A DNA stretch of 64,000 bases from an uncultured virus (IMG/VR IMGVR_UViG_3300043571_000263) (lineage: Duplodnaviria; Heunggongvirae; Uroviricota; Caudoviricetes), in IMG/VR virus record IMGVR_UViG_3300043571_000263; one strand, 5' to 3'. Position numbers and translations under genes: made by a program. The stretch's first letter is position 1; each line of letters begins with the position of its first letter. Below, piece by piece: positions 25,101 through 33,676 of this stretch. Under the pieces are notes generated by a model. That model was not told where the DNA came from. It made no database searches and saw only the letters and a program-made list of their open reading frames with translations.

Positions 25101-27620
25101 TCCAGAAAATCGCTTTAAGTTTTTGACATCATCAAAAGCTGACGCAACCATTCTTGCACCAGAAATTGTTTTTACTCCGCGCTCAAGTGATCTCCTGAGC
25201 CTGTCTGCCGCCTTGTCAATCACGGCGTCTCTAAAGTCATCAGACCTGTTCTTCGTCATTGCCGTTATTCTTGCCGCCATGTTGGCAATGGTCTTCCTGA
25301 TGCTCTCCTCTTTTTCTGGAGTAGCGGCTATCAAATCTTCGGCAAACGCGAACAGGCGATCAAATGTGGTAAGGGCGGGAACCTCGTCACGAACGTCTGC
25401 GTCCTCAACTTCTTCCGAAACTTGTTTTTCTCTTGCTACTCGGCGTAGAGGTTCAATATTCGGGGTTTCGGGGGTCGGAGTTACTTCGGGGGCCACCTCG
25501 GCGGGAGGAAGCGCGAGAGTTTCTGGCTGGGCTTGAGACTGGGCCAATAGAGAGTTTTTAATTTGATTATGGATGGTTTCCGCCGCGATCCTAGCCTCAT
25601 CTACGCGAGCTTGTTTACCAGCGTCTGTCAGATTGGAGTTTGGCCCAAGAAGACCTTCGGGAGACAGCCCCTCGGCTTCAGCCCGATACTTGAAGATGGC
25701 TTCGGAAAGTTTCTTGATGGTCGCCGCATCATCATCAAAAGCTTCTTGTCCTCGCTCTGACACTTGGGCGATTAGACCTTCGTCTCCTTGCCGTGGCGCG
25801 GCATACACATTCTCAATAATAGAGAAGGCGGGATTGGTGATGAGATCATTTTCCGTTACGCCCTGCTCCGTGAAGGCTTGGTTTACGATGTTTCGGTAGC
25901 TGTTGATGGCCCCGCGATCCATGGCAAGCCGCTCTTCAAGAATTGCGGCGACCTCTGGGGAGTTATCAGCCTCCTCAAACGTCATTCCGCTTTCTACAAG
26001 TTCGTCAATCTTGGCATCGATACGATCCTGTATCGGTTTAACTCTTTCTTCGTAATTGAAAATTGTTACAGACCTGTCTTCGGGTAATGGCTCTTTTGGC
26101 GTTACAAATGGTTCTGCTGGCACTATTGCGGCTGGCTGCGGCTCTGCTGCTTCTGGAGTAACTGCTGGCTCTACAGGGGCTACTGCGCCTTCGGGAGTTG
26201 GTTCTACGGGCGGGGTGACTGTAACAGGTGGCTCGACCGCGACTTCAGGCTCTTCCTCTAATTCAATTTCCGTAGCGGCTCTGGCTTCTTCTTGGAGTCG
26301 GGCTACTCGCTGTTCGGGGGTTTCGGCGCGTTCGCGTTCAGTCCTTGCTCGCCATTCTTGATTTGTTTCGCCTTCTTGGCGCGGTGATACCGTTGCGTTA
26401 ACAGATAGTGTTTCCGCCTGTCTCTCCACAAGAGACGCCGTTTCTGGAGCGATGTCCATATTCTGCCTAGCCACATCCTTTGTTTCCGATGCGGCTGCAT
26501 TAACCTCTTGAGTTGTTGGGGGAGAAATCCTTGGCTCAATGGCCCCCGCTCCAGCACCAATAGCGACACCAGCAAGACCTTCTAATGCCCCGCGAGAGAA
26601 CACTCCTTGCGTTAGCGGAACATTCACACCCTCTCTTTGCAGTGCAAGATTTGAAGCAAACGCCTCTTGTGCGGCCTGTGCAAATTCTGGAACACCTTCA
26701 GTGAGTCCGCTCTTCAGGGTGTTTCCAATGCGACTGGCAGTTGGGGAAATCCCGCCCTTTGTGAGAACCTTGCTGATAATGCTTTCCGCGCCAGTATATG
26801 CAGACGCTGCACCCAGTCCCGCTGAGAGCAAAATTTGATCTAGGTTTTTTCCGCCGAACGACTGCGCTTCCATGGCGATGGAGCGAGCCATTTCTTCGGT
26901 CTTACCCTGAGAAATCATCTCGTCTTTTACGGATTGATAAATCTCACTCTTGGCAATGCCAGCACCCATGCCAGCACCCATGCCAGCCTGAACGGCCTGT
27001 ATGCCGCGAACACCAAGACCAGCAGCGCGGCCAACCGCCCCGCCAATGGCGAATGTTGCCAAAGAACCCAAGCCAGAGGACACGAAATCAACAGGGGCTA
27101 CAGCAAACGCCTCCAAACCAGCTTTAAGCTGTCCGCCGATGCCCTCGTTTTCCGCTGCCTCCATTATGCGAGAAATCTCAGCTTCGTCTTCTTTTGCAGA
27201 CGCCGAAAGAAGAGAGCGATACCAATCAACATTTTGGTTTAGATTTTGCGAAACGGGATTGTCAGCACCAAAGAGGTCGGTAAGACCCTTGATGCTATTG
27301 TTGACACCTATGGCAAACTGAACTGGAATATCAGCCGCCTGACGAAGTATTGATTCTGGCGGCGGTGGCGGCGTTGGTAGCTCAATCCCAAGAGATTCTG
27401 GGGTTGGTGCTTCAGTGGAAATTAGCGACGGCGTGCTTGGTTTTTCTTGTTCTTTCTGATCGACGCCATTTGAAAAGAATCTAGAAACTTCATCTAGTGA
27501 ATACCCAGCATCTTTGGCCTGAGTGAACCGATCATCTTGTTCGGATGCAAATCCCCAAATTTCATCATCTGAGTAACCAGCATCCCGCGCTTGCTTTAGT
27601 TTATCGGCGGTAAAATTCAT
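19113..27620 (-). CDS. Giant internal virion/ejected polyvalent protein (2835 aa) with sigma-like, ART-like and degenerate metallopeptidase domains
   Basis: N-terminal AGYSD.EI repeats, Gly/Ala hydrophobic region, WHGT...FFFSP...AYLK...NQIKS, LNHEIAE, helical C-terminus; last of virion-core genes. Confidence 0.8.
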   Translation of the reverse strand: MNFTADKLKQARDAGYSDDEIWGFASEQDDRFTQAKDAGYSLDEVSRFFSNGVDQKEQEKPSTPSLISTEAPTPESLGIELPTPPPPPESILRQAADIPVQFAIGVNNSIKGLTDLFGADNPVSQNLNQNVDWYRSLLSASAKEDEAEISRIMEAAENEGIGGQLKAGLEAFAVAPVDFVSSGLGSLATFAIGGAVGRAAGLGVRGIQAVQAGMGAGMGAGIAKSEIYQSVKDEMISQGKTEEMARSIAMEAQSFGGKNLDQILLSAGLGAASAYTGAESIISKVLTKGGISPTASRIGNTLKSGLTEGVPEFAQAAQEAFASNLALQREGVNVPLTQGVFSRGALEGLAGVAIGAGAGAIEPRISPPTTQEVNAAASETKDVARQNMDIAPETASLVERQAETLSVNATVSPRQEGETNQEWRARTERERAETPEQRVARLQEEARAATEIELEEEPEVAVEPPVTVTPPVEPTPEGAVAPVEPAVTPEAAEPQPAAIVPAEPFVTPKEPLPEDRSVTIFNYEERVKPIQDRIDAKIDELVESGMTFEEADNSPEVAAILEERLAMDRGAINSYRNIVNQAFTEQGVTENDLITNPAFSIIENVYAAPRQGDEGLIAQVSERGQEAFDDDAATIKKLSEAIFKYRAEAEGLSPEGLLGPNSNLTDAGKQARVDEARIAAETIHNQIKNSLLAQSQAQPETLALPPAEVAPEVTPTPETPNIEPLRRVAREKQVSEEVEDADVRDEVPALTTFDRLFAFAEDLIAATPEKEESIRKTIANMAARITAMTKNRSDDFRDAVIDKAADRLRRSLERGVKTISGARMVASAFDDVKNLKRFSGEINEIESSMDEDKDEGVKLGDKLDDGQLTPDVVASRTDAATILESFTPLERAALSGFLIRKNLIDRKQAYEYIQEATDEGFTTDDIREAIDESEQKFKDVERGGRRFSGRTGVAGLGQVAPTETRIQQAQRTGVTRGATPSPAPEVRESRREPAPLTQQDREYLDAVERGDLDVAQRLVDEAADRAGYNIGPMWHGTDSGEFTSFKREGFSLFFFSPDKEYAKKYGKRLIKAYLKGDRIGRTNQELTALESTTQGRVELWSKFRGDNAIDVLISNPEIGNREIVVSSPNQIKSGEVITRDDKGNIIPPSQRFQPTEEDIRYAKIQMPRPAGMKPEAVTAKLESLGFGRGGIVSVVNEPDASFEGRTIIRDGKVVGIELNAAALKDDAAVERVLNHEIAESANADGALNRLVAGLTPKERKEINDAITRLGYSERARTAEEAARAVELLAEGWRGRRWFERAVARIEAWANKLGYKLTRRAAEYIAARNVSEINAEFKQAYNKFINVQGEAREARVGEQAVVDADMGRRSQTELTPQEIEQLERGEKIRVYRAMQVIDGKLYPPMSALVGGKLRKPTEIGTWEKAEERPDLLDKRGKFILQKGNKATVPAAYNPYFHTSTSPLNDQFSSAYKRDNLVTVEVEVPASELTSGYKAEGAKDAVGEVRWNAGPVSSKLPADKKRKVILSRYAKVVRIVPDSEVAGIISNLLEGTNLSIPENTVTPSLKAELEKQGITVTPRPARGEEIRESRREDAIPTFSEGSPEASTLSTMASSMAKVDAASEAKPNPENKPTYKISEIASVWMDQGGDARQLQDMVVEYTNLTPANAKRVANAIAKQYDIQQGIAEARVETAEGVSLEGLPEGVSIPKEADPKRPKTVIQRLIDVTTGVRVPPVKITATERSLLNNQIRMRAAANREAKKAQQETANEVVEMIKAMELRGPVRPKQAQALAKRAAKVIWTSEKSMESFTAYAEKVVANTNYDADLREAKAAQKRAAELSKRKTIASPQREILSNVTKIGVNMLDNPREFADVVNYYMRGFKSVVSPDYLVVPDDEMTSYLSQAEDIVEEAKIAFDRVVTQRLSEKYGVSPDRIREILDAQDIERALVQYAKREVAEAIINEKANDVLAGLKAHDQTSLRNDQRKILDSILNLDPSLLSSQEKQQFIRVGNNIIFNNQTHGAELFAVTAKGQQMAKEAASNEELIAKNKAWVNVLPSLRSRTLQKTWRNWALELQSVADTFRNAFGKGAMAKVYRMMGMYDLDRGFTAAANAVNQIQEEIAEFYNKLENKYKAAARNQDGILAEGVVGFLIQKVPEKGEIESLAQRRNLIQQDIRNRRISQDADRIEMANRIERILQQLDGESVSDIMDNLKRDYRANYESVIWLKDTLFPKYKEFLKGFDENFNDQANNYENTDYLPIGFIRAGVSLAITPENEALYYEHVSLRPKQSSYTIKRADYTQLPTDKTTNKPKEIEFNLRRNAFDSLSDQINKAYTSPAWQQIFAFMKTPESEKLFGGAANKEFFIERLNRLRLSRMRRGSMSTGYIEKTADVLSVFARKIGTGIALGGAYQPFKQAPDQIIAAIGTTGRADLMAENMAPSALKAAKALLDKFSIGRRGDASSGYKYINQMEGAQNKIERYLSESRWDAAKEQAGKIADVWLLALKKTDYVFAAGAWMTYYRAQLAKDGVAFQGWEKEAELLETDTARQDAASYAEQMTDIYQGSSDPTKMATFVQSGKSGWENLFKAIFVPFNSFAVQQRMRIYSDARDSFTKSGDTIAGRFGLASTIGGLVAFHSVRRFALPAFTGLGVSMIYAAFGVDMDEPDEEKKAEDFAKRWRQFLGEFTANLLVGGSGQIVEAATIDTFNYAAYLIAMQTENETVLGEDGEIISFSQYAKERSPFWRYRSFDNAMSLGMFDIGLDQGKKAILETKTLMAPEEMENFTTEEQRLLYFAALSDWLYLMRLNDADFARMVDRARREIKSKSKENEREMARILSGR

Positions 27621-27632
27621 TGACCCAAAGGT

Positions 27633-28631
27633 TTATCGACTTTTGTTGAATATATCACTCAACAGGGGTCTTTGTCCAGTCGTTCCTTTAGGGGATTTTT
27701 GCTCGCCATTTTCCGATTGAGCCTTTGTGTCTTTCTCGGAAAGAACAGAATTGACGCCTTCGAGATCAAGCACAAGCGCGCTTCGTTGTGATTTGAGAAT
27801 ATTAAGTTCTGTTTGAAATTTCTTTTGGTTTGGGCTTCCCTCTTTCTCCTCCTTCGCCCTTGTTTCTCGATCAAGGATTTCTGAGTCAATTTCTCGAACC
27901 TTTCCGCGAATTTCCTTTGCCTCTTGTCGCAGGGTTGAAGAATCGACGCTGGGCTTCCTTGCTGCTTCAGCTTCCATTTGTCCGAGTTTTATGGGATCAA
28001 TAACCAGCTCTCCTGTTTCCTTGTCGGAATACGCAAAATCGTTAATACTTTTTCCGGTTAGCGCAGCCAACTTGGATGTATCACGAAGCAGTTGATTATT
28101 TCTCTCTGATTGTTGTTCTCGCTTTCTTTGCCTTTCTTCATCTGCACTTCTGTAAACCTGAGATGCCGAATTGTATTGAGCGATGGTCTTTTGCACGCCC
28201 TCATCGGTTGTGCCAAGAGCGTTGTTTGCCATGATTTCGGCAATGCTGGATTCAAAGTCTGGCGATCTTGGATCAAGCTTATTGATTGCAGACATGATGT
28301 TCGCGGCTTCAAGTTGCGTCTGCGCTTGCAGTTTTTGATTGGCAACAGCCTCCTCCTGCTTGCGCTGAAAGTCTGCCTCTCGAAGCATTTGTTCGCGCAT
28401 CTGAAGACCGTACGATCTTTCGCTTTCGTATGCCTCTCTTTGAATCTCGTAGTTTGCGATCTCGCGTTTTCTGCGCTCGTCCCATTCTCTTTGCATACGA
28501 ATAGACCTGCGAGACGTTCCCGTGGGTCTTCCGCCCCAAGATTCTGGAAGGTCTTCTGGTGTTATGCCAGTTTGCGCCATGCCCCTAAATTGGGGAATTG
28601 CCGCATTGTCGCTAAAAAGAGGTTCGGCCAT
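27633..28631 (-). CDS. Internal virion protein (coiled coil)
   Basis: Position upstream of giant protein, helical composition. Confidence 0.6.
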   Translation of the reverse strand: MAEPLFSDNAAIPQFRGMAQTGITPEDLPESWGGRPTGTSRRSIRMQREWDERRKREIANYEIQREAYESERSYGLQMREQMLREADFQRKQEEAVANQKLQAQTQLEAANIMSAINKLDPRSPDFESSIAEIMANNALGTTDEGVQKTIAQYNSASQVYRSADEERQRKREQQSERNNQLLRDTSKLAALTGKSINDFAYSDKETGELVIDPIKLGQMEAEAARKPSVDSSTLRQEAKEIRGKVREIDSEILDRETRAKEEKEGSPNQKKFQTELNILKSQRSALVLDLEGVNSVLSEKDTKAQSENGEQKSPKGTTGQRPLLSDIFNKSR

Positions 28632-28632
28632 A

Positions 28633-29505
28633 TTATGCTGGTTGGGTTCTTAGTCCAAATGGTAGCGGGTTAAATGTCGGATTCCTTCTTTGGGGAGACG
28701 TTGCCATCCTTAATCCCCTGAATGGGTCTGCCATGCTTTGAGACGTGGCGGCAAACGGAGTGAATGAAAACGGAGTTCCGCTGGTCGTCCCCATTGAGAT
28801 GGTTGATTGCTGCGGTTGCCCTTGTGGCAAAAGTGGTTGAGGGAATTGCCCCATTGAAGATTGCATCCCTTGCGTGGTGTATGACGGCCTCTGAATTGGA
28901 GAGAACTGCCCCATTGAACCCATCCTGAATTGACCGCCAAAGGCAGAAATCGGAGACGTGTCCATTGCTTCTCGTTGTCCAGATGCGGCCTGTTTCCATC
29001 TTTCGGCCCCGACCAAAGCCTTTGCAGCTCTTTCTCTTCTGTCTTTACCCAAGACGCCACCTTCATAAGCGGACGGGGTAAGGGCTTCTTGTGCGCGGCG
29101 TTCCTCAATGCCCTGTCTAAAGGTGTAGTAATTTTGTATGCCTTGTCCCGCAAGACTTCCGGCAATTTCTGAACCGCGCTCGCGCATTTGAGCCAACAAC
29201 GCCTGCTGTTCTGCTGGTGATCTTGAACTTCTTTGATCTACGGTTCTGGGAGCGTTCATGTTTGCAGTCTGTTCTGGTGTCGCGTAAATGGTTCCACCAG
29301 CAACGCTTATGGGCAACATTCCAGATTTCGCCGCTTCGGAGAAGCTGGGCGTTGAGCTTGTGGCCGCTTGTCTGCTAACAGTTTGATTAAAGTTTACAGG
29401 AAAATCACGAATATAAGAATCCCCAAAAGCCGGAGCCGCGCTTGTTGAAGCGGGATTCAAGCTCGTTGGAAATTGCGGGATTTTATTTTTGTCTTCTTCT
29501 GGCAT
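28633..29505 (-). CDS. Low-complexity putative internal virion protein
   Basis: Q/S/G/P-rich, synteny. Confidence 0.55.
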   Translation of the reverse strand: MPEEDKNKIPQFPTSLNPASTSAAPAFGDSYIRDFPVNFNQTVSRQAATSSTPSFSEAAKSGMLPISVAGGTIYATPEQTANMNAPRTVDQRSSRSPAEQQALLAQMRERGSEIAGSLAGQGIQNYYTFRQGIEERRAQEALTPSAYEGGVLGKDRRERAAKALVGAERWKQAASGQREAMDTSPISAFGGQFRMGSMGQFSPIQRPSYTTQGMQSSMGQFPQPLLPQGQPQQSTISMGTTSGTPFSFTPFAATSQSMADPFRGLRMATSPQRRNPTFNPLPFGLRTQPA

Positions 29506-29509
29506 ATAT

Positions 29510-30481
29510 CTACCTCATGTTAATCATTCTGCGGGTTAACCAAGTTGCTGGCTGCATGGTTCCCTCTTGTCCAGAATTATACTCTTTCAGCTCTGCGTTG
29601 AGAAGCAGTAATGCCCTGTCCATGTAATATTGTCCCCGCTCTACGTCCGCCTTCTCTTCTGCGTTGAGTGCCATCAGGCCAAGCTTTAACGCCTCAAGGC
29701 TGTCTGGGAAGAGTTGATCGTTGTCGGAAGTTGCCCACACATGACGGCGTTTGAATACCCCCTGAACGCTGTCCCAGTTTTTATCAACCATGTAGCGGCG
29801 ATAGTTGATTACCCGCTCCCCCTGCTCATACTTTGCGATGTTCGTTGCCCCGACAGCCAGCGAAACAATGCCATCGGTGGGGGTTTTCTCCACGCTGTAA
29901 ATCGTGGCAAACGTCTGGCTTGTGGTTTGTGTGCCGCCAGAAAGATCAATTCTTATTCCTTCCACAATGTTGCCATCTACGGTTGAGAAAATTTTGTCTC
30001 CGTTGCTATCCGTTCCGCGAATCCAAACATAGCTTCCTACACACTCCGTTTGTGTGCTAGAAATTGTCAGTGGAGACGGCGTTGTGATGTCTCTGAAACT
30101 GACAAACCCTTCGCCCATGTCCTGTATCGGCCCATGGTAGGCTTGATCTGTTCTGCGTATTCCTCTTCCGTTTGGCAGGTATTGATACCACTCGCTCTGA
30201 ACGGAGCTTGTTTTGTATCCAGCCTTGCCAGCCCTCAAGCAGGTTTCAAGATGTCTGGGGAGCGTAATGAATTTGTTTTCGTTGGCGTCTTCGTATGCGG
30301 CAACTGTCGCCTGAACGACCAAGCCCTCCCATTTTCCTTCTGAATGGAATCGCTCAAGAACCCTGTTGATGTTGTTGCGTAGCTCTCCCTGTGCGTCAAA
30401 GCCCGCCAAATCAGGTGGGTCTGGTTGCGGCACAACGGAAGCTGGCAATCTTTCTATGGCAAGACCAAGTGTAAGTGACAT
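29510..30481 (-). CDS. Putative head-tail adaptor / tail tubular protein
   Basis: LRNNINRVLER...ITLPRHLE...ALKLGLMA...YYMDRA adaptor-like layout; sigma70-like promoter TTGACC-17-TATTTT upstream. Confidence 0.55.
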   Translation of the reverse strand: MSLTLGLAIERLPASVVPQPDPPDLAGFDAQGELRNNINRVLERFHSEGKWEGLVVQATVAAYEDANENKFITLPRHLETCLRAGKAGYKTSSVQSEWYQYLPNGRGIRRTDQAYHGPIQDMGEGFVSFRDITTPSPLTISSTQTECVGSYVWIRGTDSNGDKIFSTVDGNIVEGIRIDLSGGTQTTSQTFATIYSVEKTPTDGIVSLAVGATNIAKYEQGERVINYRRYMVDKNWDSVQGVFKRRHVWATSDNDQLFPDSLEALKLGLMALNAEEKADVERGQYYMDRALLLLNAELKEYNSGQEGTMQPATWLTRRMINMR

Positions 30482-30529
30482 TTGTTCTAAGAAAATACCA
30501 TCAATTTCAAAACAGGTCAATAACAGATT

Positions 30530-30605
30530 TGGCGTGGCTGGCAGGACTTGAACCTACGACTCTCGCTTTAGAAGAGCGATACTCTATCCACTGAGTTACA
30601 GCCAC
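30530..30605 (-). tRNA. tRNA-Arg (UCU)
   Basis: GTGGCTG acceptor stem, anticodon arm TCGCT-CTTCTAA-AGCGA, TTCAAGT T-loop, encoded CCA. Confidence 0.93.
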
Positions 30606-30606
30606 A

Positions 30607-31386
30607 TTAAAAAAGAGGTTTTGCGCTCGCTCCATTACCAACCCAAGGCAAAAATTCTTTCAGGTCTTTCACTGGCCAATTTTTGTTTTTCTGCAACCTG
30701 CCCCAATCCTCGCAAGCGTTCTCATATCCGCCGCGATATATGCGCTGTTTTTGTGCCACCTGTTGCGGCGTCACCCAAGCCATATGGAGGATGCTTCCGA
30801 CAGTATCAGACGTTGCCTTACGATCCAGTAGGTTGCCCTTGTTTCCATTAAAGATCGGTGGTTCATGCCGTTCCATCCATAGCCCTACACTGTATCGCCA
30901 AGCCCGAATCCATTCGTTCTTTCGATTTCCATAGCCATCTGATGATGTGGAGATTACGTTAGGCCCAAGCATGTAGTCCATCTCAAACTGTGCGGTATTT
31001 GCTTCGGGATTTTTCTCAAACAAATAAAGCAGCTCGATCATCTGGTGGAACGTCCACAACTCATCGCTATCCATTTGAAGCAACACTCCGTCACTGTTAA
31101 ATGCCGTTAATGCGGCGTTGATCATCTCTGTCTTTCCGCCCCATTCCGGCTTTGAGTTAACGGTAATTCGTGGATGAGTCGCTAGGGCTTGAATGAACTG
31201 ATGGGTTCCATCATGGGAGACTTTTCCGATCTGGTTTCCCATCCACGCTGTATCCTTCTGCGGAAGAGATGCGCCCTCGACTATTGACCAATGCCAATCA
31301 ACATCCCTCAATCGGCACAGTTCGGCAAATTGCGATCCAATCCAAGGGGAGCCATCAAGAACAATAGTGAATATGTTGAGGGTCAT
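30607..31386 (-). CDS. Glycosyltransferase (GT-A fold)
   Basis: IFTIVLDG.PWI, S.DGT, LQMDSDELW. Confidence 0.75.
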   Translation of the reverse strand: MTLNIFTIVLDGSPWIGSQFAELCRLRDVDWHWSIVEGASLPQKDTAWMGNQIGKVSHDGTHQFIQALATHPRITVNSKPEWGGKTEMINAALTAFNSDGVLLQMDSDELWTFHQMIELLYLFEKNPEANTAQFEMDYMLGPNVISTSSDGYGNRKNEWIRAWRYSVGLWMERHEPPIFNGNKGNLLDRKATSDTVGSILHMAWVTPQQVAQKQRIYRGGYENACEDWGRLQKNKNWPVKDLKEFLPWVGNGASAKPLF

Positions 31387-31395
31387 TTGTTGCCG

Positions 31396-31620
31396 TTAGT
31401 CAACATTCAGGGGTTTCGCCCCACAACGACATTCAAGATACTCCCCAAAGCTTAATTCTGTTTCTTGCTCGTTGTAGATGTAATCAAACAAAAAGTATTC
31501 TGCCTCTTTGTTGATTCCCAATTTTTTGACAAGCTTGTTGAATCGTCGATCTTGAACTTTTGACAGCTCGTTGATGAATTTCTTGGCGTCGTAGATTCTA
31601 TCCTCTGGATGTTTCTTCAT
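31396..31620 (-). CDS. Hypothetical protein
   Basis: ORF track. Confidence 0.55.
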   Translation of the reverse strand: MKKHPEDRIYDAKKFINELSKVQDRRFNKLVKKLGINKEAEYFLFDYIYNEQETELSFGEYLECRCGAKPLNVD

Positions 31621-31850
31621 TGCCTGTAGCGAGATGTTTTTTTAGCGATTTTGCTTGGTTGTTTTACGAACTGTTTTCCCGATTTGTTGCCCTTGGCTTT
31701 TGCCCTATTTGTTGCGGCCTTTTCTGCGGGGCTTAGTGCGCTCCAAGCGGCATCAGGAAGATAGCGTTTTTTTCCTTTAGACGGAGAACCGTCAGATGTT
31801 CGCCATTTCTGTTCCGTCCACTTCTTTAGGGATTGCTGTGATTTTTTCAT
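31617..31850 (-). CDS. Small basic protein (DUF5872-like C part)
   Basis: QQSLKKWTEQKWRT...RYLP.AAW..LS..EKAATNRAK. Confidence 0.75.
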   Translation of the reverse strand: MKKSQQSLKKWTEQKWRTSDGSPSKGKKRYLPDAAWSALSPAEKAATNRAKAKGNKSGKQFVKQPSKIAKKTSRYRQ

Positions 31851-31851
31851 G

Positions 31852-32037
31852 TTAATCGCGGTATCCTCCACCCTTGGCTTTGTATTCCTTGGCAAGAAGC
31901 TGTGCCTTGCGAGCCGACCATTCACCCTTGTCGCCGCCCTTGGTTCCAGCCTTGATCTTCTGGTAAAGGCGTTTACGCATTGCTGGCTTGGTATAATTTC
32001 CAGCGGCGTTGACTGTGCTTTTTGATTTCTTTTTCAT
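31852..32037 (-). CDS. Small basic protein (DUF5872-like N part)
   Basis: YTKP.MRKRL...IKAG.KGG..GEWSARKAQLLA.EYK..GGGY. Confidence 0.75.
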   Translation of the reverse strand: MKKKSKSTVNAAGNYTKPAMRKRLYQKIKAGTKGGDKGEWSARKAQLLAKEYKAKGGGYRD

Positions 32038-32041
32038 TGTA

Positions 32042-32299
32042 TTAGCACTCCCATTTTTTGCGCGACCAGTAATTGGCCGAAAGCTTGTTGCTTGTTCCCT
32101 TGATGCCACCAGACCTAGCGCAGTAGCTTTTTTTGCGGGCTGGCTGATCTTTCTTGATGGACATATTGGGGTCGCCAAAGCGAACCAATTTCACTTCGTC
32201 GCCCTGCTTGGCAAGGACGGCAAATTTCTTCGGGCCGCTTGGCGTGCGTTTTGGCTTGTTATAGCCACTGAACTTTTCACCTCTGTATTCTATGCTCAT
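32042..32299 (-). CDS. Small basic phage protein
   Basis: GYNKPKRTP...KKFAVLAK.GD.VKLVRFGD...RKKSYCARS...SANYWS. Confidence 0.75.
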   Translation of the reverse strand: MSIEYRGEKFSGYNKPKRTPSGPKKFAVLAKQGDEVKLVRFGDPNMSIKKDQPARKKSYCARSGGIKGTSNKLSANYWSRKKWEC

Positions 32300-32304
32300 G
32301 TTGT

Positions 32305-33177
32305 TTATTCCTTTGTTAGTGTTTTTCCAAAGTTACACCATTGCCTAACTCGGCAATAATTCAAGCATCTTGTTGGCTCCCCGCGTCTTTCTTCGACCAC
32401 TCCGCCAATCTTGGATGCGTGGGCTTTTGCTGATTCGATATCGTTATAGATTCCTCCCGATACAGCCCTCTTGGCTGTCTTGTCTTTGAGCACGGCAAAC
32501 ACGTCCTCCTTTTGCCAGCGTTCGCGCTCTGAACAATGGGGAATTTCGTCGTCGTGGCTGGACGCTCTTGCAGCCTCATGCGCTGCTATTCTGCTCTTGA
32601 TATAGGCCATCGTCTCCTCTGGCTTCCAGATGGGAAGCTCAATGGGTTGAATGGCGCATTGCGGATACTCTGGTTTTATCTTCGCCTCGCGCAACTTCCA
32701 GTCCTTCATTATGATGATGTTGCAAAGCTTCTTGGGAAATACTCCATTGGCCTCGCACAGCAGCTTGTTGATATTTCCCTGAGCCGTCCATTCAAACTTG
32801 TCGTCTGACAAAGCCTTCCACACACCAGACTCCTTCCAGTCGTAAAGTGTTTCTGTCTCGTTATCGTAAAGGTCAATCTGGCCCCCGACCTTGATTCCAT
32901 CTACGTCGAGATACATGCGCTTCTCCACGATGTAGCGGCTTGGGTTGCGCTTGGCAATTTGCTCCAAGACGTAGTGCTTGGCTGTTCCGCTCATTGTCCA
33001 CACGCGATCAGATGCGTCTTCTACAATGTCCGCTTGGTGCCGAGCAAACAGAACGCTAACCTTCGGCGGGCCGATTAGCTGTGTGGTGCTGTATTGTGCC
33101 TCGCCCTTGTTGTAGGAGTCTTCGCTGACAAGATCAACGAAGGGTTGTGGTAGATTGTGGACATTCGTTATTAACAT
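32305..33177 (-). CDS. PD-(D/E)XK exonuclease (Cas4/RecB-like)
   Basis: GTAKH, VEKR, GQIDLYD, DWK, Q.N, C-terminal RC..YC.V..WC. Confidence 0.8.
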   Translation of the reverse strand: MLITNVHNLPQPFVDLVSEDSYNKGEAQYSTTQLIGPPKVSVLFARHQADIVEDASDRVWTMSGTAKHYVLEQIAKRNPSRYIVEKRMYLDVDGIKVGGQIDLYDNETETLYDWKESGVWKALSDDKFEWTAQGNINKLLCEANGVFPKKLCNIIIMKDWKLREAKIKPEYPQCAIQPIELPIWKPEETMAYIKSRIAAHEAARASSHDDEIPHCSERERWQKEDVFAVLKDKTAKRAVSGGIYNDIESAKAHASKIGGVVEERRGEPTRCLNYCRVRQWCNFGKTLTKE

Positions 33178-33184
33178 GTGCAAT

Positions 33185-33212
33185 TTGACAGTAGTGTGGT
33201 TGATTCGTTCAA
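33185..33212 (-). promoter_or_regulatory. Class M promoter TTGAACG-N15-TGTCAA
   Basis: Consensus match; ATG 7 nt downstream. Confidence 0.72.
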
Positions 33213-33293
33213 AAAAATGTGCAGTCTCTCCTGCTGTCACGCCATTGTAGCCCACGGTTGCGACCCGTAATGCTGGCTGACGTTGCCAAAGGA

Positions 33294-33455
33294 TTATTTA
33301 CTTTTTTTCTTTTTGCTCATTCCAGCAGAACTCAAGGCAATTGCTTGGGCCTGCTTGCGCGATGTTACTTTTTGTCCAGAGAAACTTTTGAGCTTTCCAG
33401 ATTTGTATTCACGCATCACTTTTTCTACTTTTTTCTGTCCGTTTTTCTTTTTCAT
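33294..33455 (-). CDS. Small basic protein (DUF6496-like, 53 aa)
   Basis: Manual read MKKKNGQKKVEKVMREYKSGKLKSFSGQKVTSRKQAQAIALSSAG. Confidence 0.75.
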   Translation of the reverse strand: MKKKNGQKKVEKVMREYKSGKLKSFSGQKVTSRKQAQAIALSSAGMSKKKKSK

Positions 33456-33676
33456 GTTGATTTAACTCCTAGTAGCTTTTTGATGTATTTTATGTGCCAG
33501 CACTCATGGCCTTTGTCCCGAACGTGGCGGAACATGTAGCTGTCACAACAGCAAGTCCAAGGGGATTCTGTGGTGTCAACGATGTATCCTTCGTGGATGT
33601 TGCGGCGAGACGGCACATAAAAGCTTCCGTTGTTATACTTGAAAACCTTCCAATTAGAAGATTTCTTCTTCGTCAT
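33452..33676 (-). CDS. SWIM-type zinc-finger protein
   Basis: WTC.C..Y.FR......C.HI. Confidence 0.65.
   Translation of the reverse strand: MTKKKSSNWKVFKYNNGSFYVPSRRNIHEGYIVDTTESPWTCCCDSYMFRHVRDKGHECWHIKYIKKLLGVKST

Noticed and set aside
32305..33177. CRISPR-associated Cas4
   Set aside because: Stand-alone PD-(D/E)XK exonuclease in phage recombination context; no array or other cas genes
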